Assembly: GCA_964457955.1 (NCBI GenBank)
Contig: CAYWEY010000007.1
Location: 8,783-40,782 of the forward strand
Direction of reading: 5' to 3'
DNA from: Candidatus Woesearchaeota archaeon
GTDB taxonomy: Archaea; Nanobdellota; Nanobdellia; Tiddalikarchaeales; Tiddalikarchaeaceae
DNA: 32,000 bases
The first letter of the stretch is position 1; every line of letters begins with the position of its first letter. Below the pieces are notes generated by a model. The model was not told where the DNA came from. It ran no database searches and saw nothing but the letters and a program-made list of their open reading frames with translations. A program made the translations under genes and the position numbers. Below are positions 7,670-14,959 of the stretch, piece by piece.

Positions 7670-9043
7670 ATGAGCAGAGTATTAATAACTGGCGCAGCCG
7701 GTCAAACAAGCATATCTTTAATAAAACAGTTAATAAGTGAAGGTTATGAACCAATAGCTACAGATATTAAGGAAAAACCAGAATTATTAGAAGAATTAGG
7801 AACACCATATATAAGAGCAGATCTTACGAAAACAAAAGAATTGGAAGGAATAATAGAATACGCACCATATGATGGAGTAATTCATACAGCAGCAATAGTT
7901 GCACCATTAGTAAGAATAATCCATCATTATGAAGTGAATACAAGAGGTTCTCAGAACTTGTTCACTCTTCTTTCAAAAGAAGGAGTATTGTCAGAAAATG
8001 CTAAAGTAATCAATACAGCAACTGCTTCAGAATATAATTCTTTCAGAATAGTAAAAAATTTTTTTGGTTGGAAAAAAGAATATCATCCTGTTCCTGTTGA
8101 AGGAGCGGATGAGGATGAGCAGCCAATAGGTTGGATGGGAGGGCCTTTCAAGTCATACTGTGAATCAAAACTTTGGCAGGAATTATTAGGACACGAATTT
8201 AATGGTAAAGAAGAGGAAGAGATTAAGCAGATGTTGTCAGACCCAAGATATTATGATAAGTATAAAGAATACGTGGGACCAATAGAAAATAGTGAACTTC
8301 CAATAATTACTATAAGACCAGGACTTGTTTACTCACCCCATGTGACAGAACTCACAGGAGACTTACTTAACATGGTTGCATGCGGTTTTGGAAGAAGCCT
8401 TAGTTGTTTAATGCCTGACTTCCCTACAGGATTCGTCAGTGCAGATAATGTGGCGAGTATAGAAAAGTTCCTTTTAGAGCAGGATAATGATGAAGTTGTT
8501 GGACAAGTATATAATGCTGCAGACGATGCTCCAATAGGTTTCGCGGAATTATCAGAATTAGTGGGTGAAGCATTAGACAAGCCTTACAAATCAGAAATTC
8601 CTGACAGTGTGAAGATGCAGGAGTTAATAATGTACAGTAAATTATTCAACAGCAATAAGATGAAATTTATGATAAAAATAGCGATGGATGGACTTCATAT
8701 TCCAGTATTATTAGTGCTTACGGACATATTAGGAAATCATCATTTTAGTATTAATAAATTAAAAGATTTAGGATGGAAACCTGAAGGAAATGTTGTTGAA
8801 GAAATAGGTGATGTAGCAAGAGAAATGTATGAAGAAGGAAGGATTGGAGGATACACACCAGGACAGGAAAGAATTAATGACATGATAGGACAATTCTTAA
8901 ACCAGTTCGTGACAACCAAGTACATAGATGACAAAGAACTGGCGGTTAAGAATAAGAAAGTAGGTTGCAGAAGGAAATATAAAAAAATACATACAAAATA
9001 CGTGGCGCAGTTAAATGCTTGGAAAGAACATAAAAAGAGATAA
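7670..9043 (+). CDS. NAD(P)-dependent epimerase/dehydratase-family protein (extended SDR) with insertions and a basic C-terminal tail
   Basis: N-terminal Rossmann VLITGAAGQTSISLIKQL. Catalytic YxxxK (YCESK). At 457 aa it is much longer than the usual ~320 aa. Lys/Arg-rich tail (KKVGCRRKYKKIHTKY...KEHKKR). Confidence 0.8.
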   Translation: MSRVLITGAAGQTSISLIKQLISEGYEPIATDIKEKPELLEELGTPYIRADLTKTKELEGIIEYAPYDGVIHTAAIVAPLVRIIHHYEVNTRGSQNLFTLLSKEGVLSENAKVINTATASEYNSFRIVKNFFGWKKEYHPVPVEGADEDEQPIGWMGGPFKSYCESKLWQELLGHEFNGKEEEEIKQMLSDPRYYDKYKEYVGPIENSELPIITIRPGLVYSPHVTELTGDLLNMVACGFGRSLSCLMPDFPTGFVSADNVASIEKFLLEQDNDEVVGQVYNAADDAPIGFAELSELVGEALDKPYKSEIPDSVKMQELIMYSKLFNSNKMKFMIKIAMDGLHIPVLLVLTDILGNHHFSINKLKDLGWKPEGNVVEEIGDVAREMYEEGRIGGYTPGQERINDMIGQFLNQFVTTKYIDDKELAVKNKKVGCRRKYKKIHTKYVAQLNAWKEHKKR

Positions 9044-9046
9044 TTA

Positions 9047-9054
9047 TTTTTTTT
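9047..9054 (+). terminator. Oligo-T (T8) tract just after the SDR gene stop
   Basis: TAATTATTTTTTTTAA lies immediately downstream of the stop at 9041-9043. Confidence 0.4.
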
Positions 9055-9116
9055 AATATATGTTTTGTATTGAATAAATAAATTTAAGAATAGGTTTTTT
9101 TATATAATATTAATAA

Positions 9117-11153
9117 ATGAAAGTAGATGATGTTTCTGAAATTCGCGAACTCTTCCTCGAGTTCATGGATAAGGTGTATAAGAAAGAATTAGGTGAAGCT
9201 ATAAGTAAAGGAGAAAATTTCTTAATCATTGATTTCCAGAATATGGATAAGTTCAATCAGGAACTTGGTAACTTATTAATTGATTATCCTAACAAGATTA
9301 TTGAAGTCTTTGAAGACTCTTTGCAGAAAGAGCATGGTTTCAAGAGTTTTTACGTAAGATTCTCAAACCTGCCTGACTCGTGCTTGGTAAGAATAAGCAA
9401 TATTCGTAAGAAGCATTTAGAAAAATTCTTGTATATTGAGGGAATAGTAAGACAATCAAGCGATGTGCGTCCAATGTGCACATTAATAATATATAAGTGC
9501 TTACAATGCGAGCAAAAAATAAGTATTCCCCAGGAGATGAAAATTATTAAGAAACCCAAGAGGTGTCCTCACTGCGGGAAGAGAGGTCCTTTTGAAGAGG
9601 AGAAAAAGAAATTAGTTGATACTCAGCGTTTAATAATTGAAGAATGTCCTGAAAACCTGGAAGGGGGGAATCAGCCGAGAAGGATTAATATATTTTTAAG
9701 AAATGATTTGGTTGACCCAAGCATAGTTAAGAAATCAAGTCCGGGTTCAAAAGTAAGAATTGTGGGTGTTGTTCACTCATTTGCAAAAAGAATTCCTGCG
9801 CAGAGAGCAAAATCAACACTTTTTGACTTATACGTGGAGGCAAACTTTATTAAACCAATACAACAGGATTTTGATGATATTAATATAACAGAAGAAGATA
9901 TTGAAGAAATAGAATTATTATCCCAAGATCCCCAGATTTTTGACAAATTTGTTAGAAGTGTTGCTCCAACAATAAAAGGAAGAAACTATATCAAGCAGGC
10001 TATGATTCTCCAGATGTTCGGGGGTGTGAGGAAGGAGAGGGGGGATGGAACCGCAACCAGGGGAGATATTCATGTACTATTAATAGGAGATCCGGGTACG
10101 GGTAAGAGTCAGTTAGTTAAGAGTATGGGGTCTGTATGTCCAAAAGCGCGTTATGTGAGCGGTAAGGGAACAACAGGTGCTGGACTGACAGCAACAGTGG
10201 TGAGGGATGATTTCTTAAGAGGATGGGCTTTGGAAGCAGGAGCACTTGTTCTTGCTCATAAAGGATTATTGTGTGTTGACGAGATTGATAAAATGAGTGA
10301 TGAAGACCGTTCAGCAATGCACGAAGCTATGGAGCAGCAGCAAGTGAGTATAAGTAAAGCTAATGTTCAGGCAGTTTTGAATTGTCAGACTACACTACTT
10401 GCAGCAGCAAACCCGGAGTACGGCCGTTTTGACAGTTATAAACCTATTTCTGAACAAATTGATATGCCAGTTACTCTCATAAGCCGTTTCGACCTAATAT
10501 TCCCAGTTAGGGACATTCCTGACAGGGCCAAGGATACAGAATTAGCTGAGCACATGCTTAAAGGACACAAAGAACCGGATTCTCATCAACCAATGATTCC
10601 TTACGAGTTCATAAGAAAATATGTGAGTTATGCTAAGAAAAACATACGTCCAAAACTAACTAATAAAGCCATAAAATATATTAAGGACTTTTTTGTAAAC
10701 TTAAGGAATAAAGAAATCTTGTCAGCAGATGATTCACGCCCCGTTCCTATAACACCAAGACAGTTGGAAGCAATGGTTCGATTGGCTGAAGCAAACGCGA
10801 GGCTTCATTTAAGGAAAAAAGTATTAAAAGAGGATGCTAAGAGAAGTATTAGTTTAATGAAGAACTACCTGCATCGTTTAGGTGTTGATCCTGATACTGG
10901 AGAAATAGATATTGACAGAGTAGTAAGTGGAGTAACGAGCAGTCAGAGAAGCAAGATTCATGAAATGTTTGAAATAATTAAAGAACTTGAATCAGCCTTT
11001 GGAGGCAATATTCCTATAGAAGAAATTATAAAGGAAGCCGAATCTAGAGGTATTGAGGATATGAAAGCAAAAGAAACTATTGATAAGATGAAAAGAGCTG
11101 GAGAAATTTTTGAACCAAGACCAGGCATATTTAGGAGGACGAATTCAAAATGA
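9117..11153 (+). CDS. mcm: MCM replicative helicase
   Basis: C4 zinc motif (CLQCEQ...CPHCG), Walker A GDPGTGKSQL, Walker B LCVDEIDKM, sensor-1 AAANP, arginine finger SRFDLIF, sensor-2 PITPRQLEAMVRLAEA. No intein. Confidence 0.95.
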   Translation: MKVDDVSEIRELFLEFMDKVYKKELGEAISKGENFLIIDFQNMDKFNQELGNLLIDYPNKIIEVFEDSLQKEHGFKSFYVRFSNLPDSCLVRISNIRKKHLEKFLYIEGIVRQSSDVRPMCTLIIYKCLQCEQKISIPQEMKIIKKPKRCPHCGKRGPFEEEKKKLVDTQRLIIEECPENLEGGNQPRRINIFLRNDLVDPSIVKKSSPGSKVRIVGVVHSFAKRIPAQRAKSTLFDLYVEANFIKPIQQDFDDINITEEDIEEIELLSQDPQIFDKFVRSVAPTIKGRNYIKQAMILQMFGGVRKERGDGTATRGDIHVLLIGDPGTGKSQLVKSMGSVCPKARYVSGKGTTGAGLTATVVRDDFLRGWALEAGALVLAHKGLLCVDEIDKMSDEDRSAMHEAMEQQQVSISKANVQAVLNCQTTLLAAANPEYGRFDSYKPISEQIDMPVTLISRFDLIFPVRDIPDRAKDTELAEHMLKGHKEPDSHQPMIPYEFIRKYVSYAKKNIRPKLTNKAIKYIKDFFVNLRNKEILSADDSRPVPITPRQLEAMVRLAEANARLHLRKKVLKEDAKRSISLMKNYLHRLGVDPDTGEIDIDRVVSGVTSSQRSKIHEMFEIIKELESAFGGNIPIEEIIKEAESRGIEDMKAKETIDKMKRAGEIFEPRPGIFRRTNSK

Positions 11154-11815
11154 GCAATGATTATAAAAGACTAACAGCATTTAAATCAAATATTAAGAAA
11201 ATAACAGATTCAGAAATGATTTCTGAAGAAGACAGTCCTGATTATATAAAAATAAGTGATTTAAGGATTGCAAGAGTACGGATTATTGGAACAATCGTTA
11301 GTAAGAGAGTTAATTCTGAAAGAACTTATGCTTACTTAGTTGTTGATGATGGTACAGAAACAATAAGAATAAAAGCATGGAAAGATGATGTGGATAAATT
11401 GGAAAAACCTGTTGTTGGAGACATTATAGAATTAGTGGGCAGAGTGAGAGAATGGGATGATGAAAGATACCTTACTTGTGAAATAATAAAGATAATAAAT
11501 AATCCTAATCACTGGTTATTACATAAGTACGAACTATTATTAAGTGATGAAAAAGTGGAGAGAATAACTGAAAAAGTGAAGACAGGTGATGCCAGAGAAG
11601 TTGAGGGAAAAAAATCAGTAGAGGAAGAACTGGAGAACAAAATTATTAAGATTATAAAAAACAGTGATGTGGGTAGAGGAGTGAGTATGAAATTATTAAC
11701 TGAAGAAACAGGAAAAGATGAGAAAAATATTAGGCCTGTTTTGAAAAATCTTTTAAATGACGGAATAATTTATGAACCCACAAAACACAATTATAAGTTT
11801 TTAGAGGTTGAATAA
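11150..11815 (+). CDS. RPA32/Stn1-like protein: single OB fold plus C-terminal winged helix
   Basis: OB pattern VRIIGTIVSK...YAYLVVDDGTETIRIKAW...GDIIELVGRVREWDDERYL, followed by NNPNHWLLHKYELL. C-terminal winged-helix-like KIIKNSDVGRGVSMKLL...IRPVLKNLLNDGIIYEPTKHNYKF resembles the RPA32C pattern (..L.NEGHIYST.DD.HFK). ATGA overlap with the mcm stop, and AGGAGG at 11133-11138. Confidence 0.7.
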   Translation: MSNDYKRLTAFKSNIKKITDSEMISEEDSPDYIKISDLRIARVRIIGTIVSKRVNSERTYAYLVVDDGTETIRIKAWKDDVDKLEKPVVGDIIELVGRVREWDDERYLTCEIIKIINNPNHWLLHKYELLLSDEKVERITEKVKTGDAREVEGKKSVEEELENKIIKIIKNSDVGRGVSMKLLTEETGKDEKNIRPVLKNLLNDGIIYEPTKHNYKFLEVE

Positions 11816-11820
11816 AAAAA

Positions 11821-12225
11821 ATGAAGAGTTATAAAAGTTTATTAAAAAGAGCTGAAGAAATGCTTCCTGAACAAAGCAAGGAAGAAGCAAGATTCAATGT
11901 TCCAAGAGTAAAGGGAAGAATTCAGGGAAAAAGTACTAGAATAACTAATTTTAAGAAAATATCTGATTATGTGGCGAGAAATCCCAAACTACTTCTTAAA
12001 TACTTGTCAAAAGAACTTGCAACAAAAGGATACATGGATGGTAATACAGCAGTTTTTAAAGGAGTTTTTAAATCATACAAGCTTAATGAAAAAATAAAGA
12101 GTTTTGTTGATGAGTACGTTAAGTGCAGGGAATGTGGAAAACCAGATACAAGAGTTAAGAAGCAGGATAGGATACAATTCATTAAGTGCATGGCGTGCGG
12201 AGCAAAATATCCTGTGAAAATATGA
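11821..12225 (+). CDS. eif2b: Translation initiation factor aIF2 beta subunit
   Basis: 134 aa. YKSLLKRAEEMLPE N-terminus, FNVPRVKG, C-terminal zinc ribbon CRECGKPDT...CMACGA. Starts 5 nt after the preceding gene. Confidence 0.9.
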   Translation: MKSYKSLLKRAEEMLPEQSKEEARFNVPRVKGRIQGKSTRITNFKKISDYVARNPKLLLKYLSKELATKGYMDGNTAVFKGVFKSYKLNEKIKSFVDEYVKCRECGKPDTRVKKQDRIQFIKCMACGAKYPVKI

Positions 12226-12521
12226 TTCTTAAAACTCATAAATCATTAAAAGATTATGTTGTTGCTGCATGTGATAAGAGATTATTAGGCAAGAAAATAA
12301 TTGATGAAGAAAAAGATATAGAAATAACTATTAATAAGAATTTTTATGGGGGAAGAAAGTGCACGCAGGAAGAATTAGTGGAAGAAATGAAGAAAGCGAC
12401 AATAGTGAATCTTATTGGAGAAAAAACAGTGAGTACTGCAATAAAATACGAATTCATAAATAAGGATTCAGTTATAAGGATTAATAATGTTCCGCATGCT
12501 CAGATTATTAGGATGCTTTGA
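12222..12521 (+). CDS. DUF424-family protein
   Basis: Pattern VVAACDKRLLGK...FYGG...NLIGEKTV...INNVPHAQIIRM matches the archaeal DUF424 family, which often follows aIF2-beta. I use the ATG at 12222, which gives an ATGA overlap with the aIF2-beta stop, instead of the track start at 12186. Confidence 0.75.
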   Translation: MILKTHKSLKDYVVAACDKRLLGKKIIDEEKDIEITINKNFYGGRKCTQEELVEEMKKATIVNLIGEKTVSTAIKYEFINKDSVIRINNVPHAQIIRML

Positions 12522-12750
12522 AAAATCATCATTTTTATATTAGATTCTTTCTTTAAATATTCATAATATTTTTTTTCCCCCTTCTTTCATAATAATTATT
12601 TATTACATGCACTTTTATTCTTAACTGAATCTATCCCATAAAGAGTTTTCCTGCACCATTATTTAATTAAATAATCCATATGATTTTTCAAAAAACCAGC
12701 TTCTTTATCCTTTTTTTTTCAAGCATTTTAAGAATTGACTTCTTCAATAA

Positions 12751-13245
12751 TTACCATGGTTCTTTCTTAACACCCATCTTATGCCCTATAATGTTTGCTG
12801 TGCGGTGAATAATTGGAGTGATTATGATAAGAGTAAAGAACGTAATCCAAGAATAAGGTGTTACTATTCTCGCAAGTATTAGTGCTCCTATCATGAAGTC
12901 AATCATGTCAAGAAATCCTGCTTTAGCACCTCTCTTTATTCCTTTCCTTCTCTTAATAAAACTGCCAGCCATATCACCAAGCATTGCTCCCAGACCAATA
13001 AGTGAAAAACTCCATAAATGAATATTGTTCTGCACTATTCTTTTTAGCACTACTCCTGTAATAGTGGAGACTAAGACTGCGAAGAATAATCCTTCCCAAG
13101 TCTTCCCATCTCCCAGTAATCGTTTGCCGCGCCATTTTTTTCCAAAATCAATAGGGTGCTTTTTTAAACTAATAAGGAAGGGTGGTGCTCCGTTCGCAAA
13201 ATAAGCAGGTATTCCGATAAGGATTATTTCTGAAAAAAAACTCAT
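12751..13245 (-). CDS. carS: CDP-archaeol synthase (DUF46/CarS family)
   Basis: 164-aa polytopic membrane protein. Motifs AYFANGAPPF, PIDFGKKWRGKRLLGDGKTWEG, GDMAGSFIKRRKGIKRGAKAGFLDMIDF. Confidence 0.85.
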   Translation of the reverse strand: MSFFSEIILIGIPAYFANGAPPFLISLKKHPIDFGKKWRGKRLLGDGKTWEGLFFAVLVSTITGVVLKRIVQNNIHLWSFSLIGLGAMLGDMAGSFIKRRKGIKRGAKAGFLDMIDFMIGALILARIVTPYSWITFFTLIIITPIIHRTANIIGHKMGVKKEPW

Positions 13246-13312
13246 TATTTAAAGAATTATTTCTGTATAATTAAAAATGTTTTTAAACAATTCAATAATT
13301 ATTTTAGAATAC

Positions 13313-13897
13313 ATGATACTAAGCAGGATAAGAAAATGGTTCCATAAAGCAGTGGATCCTTTAATAAATTTCTTGGTTTTTTTAAAAATTACTCCAAACA
13401 TGGTTACAACTTCTGCTTTGCTCTTCTTATTCCCAACACTGTACTTCATAATGAATAAGAATACTTTCTGGGGAGGAATATTTATGGGAATAACATCAGT
13501 TATTGATGCTGTTGATGGAGCAGTAGCGGACAAAGTAGGTACGACCCGTTTCGGAGATTTTTATGATGCAGTGATTGACAGATTAGTTGAAGGAACTTTT
13601 TTTGTAGCAATCAGTTTAGGATTCCCTGAATACACTTATCTGTGTTTTTTAGCATTTCTTTTCAGTTACATGGTTAGTTATGTTGGTGCACGTGCAGAAG
13701 TATGGACTATAGGGATTAAGATGAAATATTTAAGTATAGGCAGCAGGGCGGGAAGACTCACCGTTCTTGTAGGCAGTTTAATACTCGGCTACTTAAGGAT
13801 TGGATTAATTATTGTCATAATAATAGCATTAATAGCATTGATTGGAAGAAGTTTTGTAACAATGGTAGTGTTAAGGAAGGCGAAGAAGACGAAATGA
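13313..13897 (+). CDS. CDP-alcohol phosphatidyltransferase family protein (archaetidyl-serine/-inositol-phosphate/-glycerol-phosphate synthase type)
   Basis: Signature D-x2-DG-x2-A-[R]-x7-G-x3-D-x3-D is present as DAVDGAVADKVGTTRFGDFYDAVID, with Asp at the usual Arg position. Multi-TM protein. The start could also be the ATG at 13277; I prefer 13313 (MILSRIRKWFHKAVDPL...ITPNMVT) because it leaves room for divergent promoters. Confidence 0.85.
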   Translation: MILSRIRKWFHKAVDPLINFLVFLKITPNMVTTSALLFLFPTLYFIMNKNTFWGGIFMGITSVIDAVDGAVADKVGTTRFGDFYDAVIDRLVEGTFFVAISLGFPEYTYLCFLAFLFSYMVSYVGARAEVWTIGIKMKYLSIGSRAGRLTVLVGSLILGYLRIGLIIVIIIALIALIGRSFVTMVVLRKAKKTK

Positions 13898-14025
13898 AAT
13901 CAATAATAAGAGACTTAGTATTTATTTATATTGGGTATAAGTTATTAACATCATCTTTCATTCTTTATGGAATGATGATTCTCGGATTCACTCTTTACTT
14001 CAGGATTGGAAAAATAACTGGTTAA
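13894..14025 (+). CDS. Possible 43-aa hydrophobic membrane peptide (below the ORF-track size cutoff)
   Basis: My own translation: MKSIIRDLVFIYIGYKLLTSSFILYGMMILGFTLYFRIGKITG*. Its ATG overlaps the TGA of the phosphatidyltransferase (ATGA at 13894-13897), the same coupling used by bona fide gene pairs in this window. Confidence 0.4.
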   Translation: MKSIIRDLVFIYIGYKLLTSSFILYGMMILGFTLYFRIGKITG

Positions 14026-14031
14026 TAATAC

Positions 14032-14041
14032 TTTTAAATAA
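14032..14041 (+). promoter_or_regulatory. TATA-like box (TTTTAAATAA) upstream of the Dak2-DegV-plsY operon
   Basis: Centred about 26 nt upstream of the ATG at 14063, with no SD in between. This pattern fits a leaderless mRNA. Confidence 0.4.
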
Positions 14042-14062
14042 TTTCTGCTTTGTAAATAAAGT

Positions 14063-14959
14063 ATGGAGATATTAACAACAACTACTTTCAAAAAAATGAT
14101 TTTTGAAACAAAAAATATTATGAACAATAAGAAAGATTATTTGAATTATGTTAATGTCTTCCCAGTACGTGATGGTGATACTGGGGATAATTTGTTAAAA
14201 ACATTTAATAATTCAAGAATAAGCGGGAAGAAATCGCTTAAAGAATTCATGCATGAACTGAAAGAATCATTATTATTAAGCGCAAGAGGGAATAGTGGAG
14301 TAATAATCTCCCAGTTTTATAAAGGATTCTGCGATTATTTAATAAAACAAAAATATGTTGGGTGTAACGAGTTTGCTGAAGCAATAAACAATGGTTGCGA
14401 GTATGCTTATAATGCAGTGAATAATCCTGTTGAAGGAACAATGCTTACAGTGCTGAAAGGAGCGAGTCAGGGAGCGTTCAAAGTATTAGATAAGACTGAA
14501 TCAATAATTGATGTGATGATAGGTTCTTTTGATTCAGCCCAGGAATACTTGAAGAAAACAATGAACATGCTTCCAGTTCTGAAAAAATCAGGAGTGGTTG
14601 ATGCAGGAGGATTAGGTGTTGTTTACATGCTCGGAGCTTGGCTCAGGGCTTTAGGAATAATACCTGAGTACGATCCGAGTATTGAGAATATGATTGTTAA
14701 AGAACAAAAGATGACAATTGAGAAAAAGCACTGCATTAATATTTTGTTAGAGAACTGCTCAGAATATGAAGAAGATGTTAGGAATGTTTTGGAAAAAGAA
14801 GGAGATTCTATTCAAATAATAACAAGCAGAAAATATTTACGAATCCATATTCATTCTGATAATTGTGAAAAGATTAAGAATATTTGTTCTGCTTTCGGAA
14901 AACTAAAAGAATATAAAACAACTAATATGAGAAAACAATATGAAAAAATCAGGAATTAG
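14063..14959 (+). CDS. Dak2-domain protein, FakA/YloV-like (fatty-acid kinase ATP-binding subunit) lacking the C-terminal domain
   Basis: NVFPVRDGDTGDNL and SARGNSGVIISQFYKG (Dak2/DhaL nucleotide-binding motifs). Middle-region pattern KHCINILLENC...EGDSIQIIT...LRIHIHSDNCEKI...TTNMRKQ as in YloV/FakA. 298 aa. Confidence 0.85.
   Translation: MEILTTTTFKKMIFETKNIMNNKKDYLNYVNVFPVRDGDTGDNLLKTFNNSRISGKKSLKEFMHELKESLLLSARGNSGVIISQFYKGFCDYLIKQKYVGCNEFAEAINNGCEYAYNAVNNPVEGTMLTVLKGASQGAFKVLDKTESIIDVMIGSFDSAQEYLKKTMNMLPVLKKSGVVDAGGLGVVYMLGAWLRALGIIPEYDPSIENMIVKEQKMTIEKKHCINILLENCSEYEEDVRNVLEKEGDSIQIITSRKYLRIHIHSDNCEKIKNICSAFGKLKEYKTTNMRKQYEKIRN

Noticed and set aside
13249-13533. 94-aa minus-strand ORF, and 23018-23260 plus-strand ORF, each overlapping real genes
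   Set aside because: 13249-13533 is the shadow of the CDP-alcohol phosphatidyltransferase, which carries the full family signature. 23018-23260 is the shadow of the CPYC glutaredoxin-like gene.
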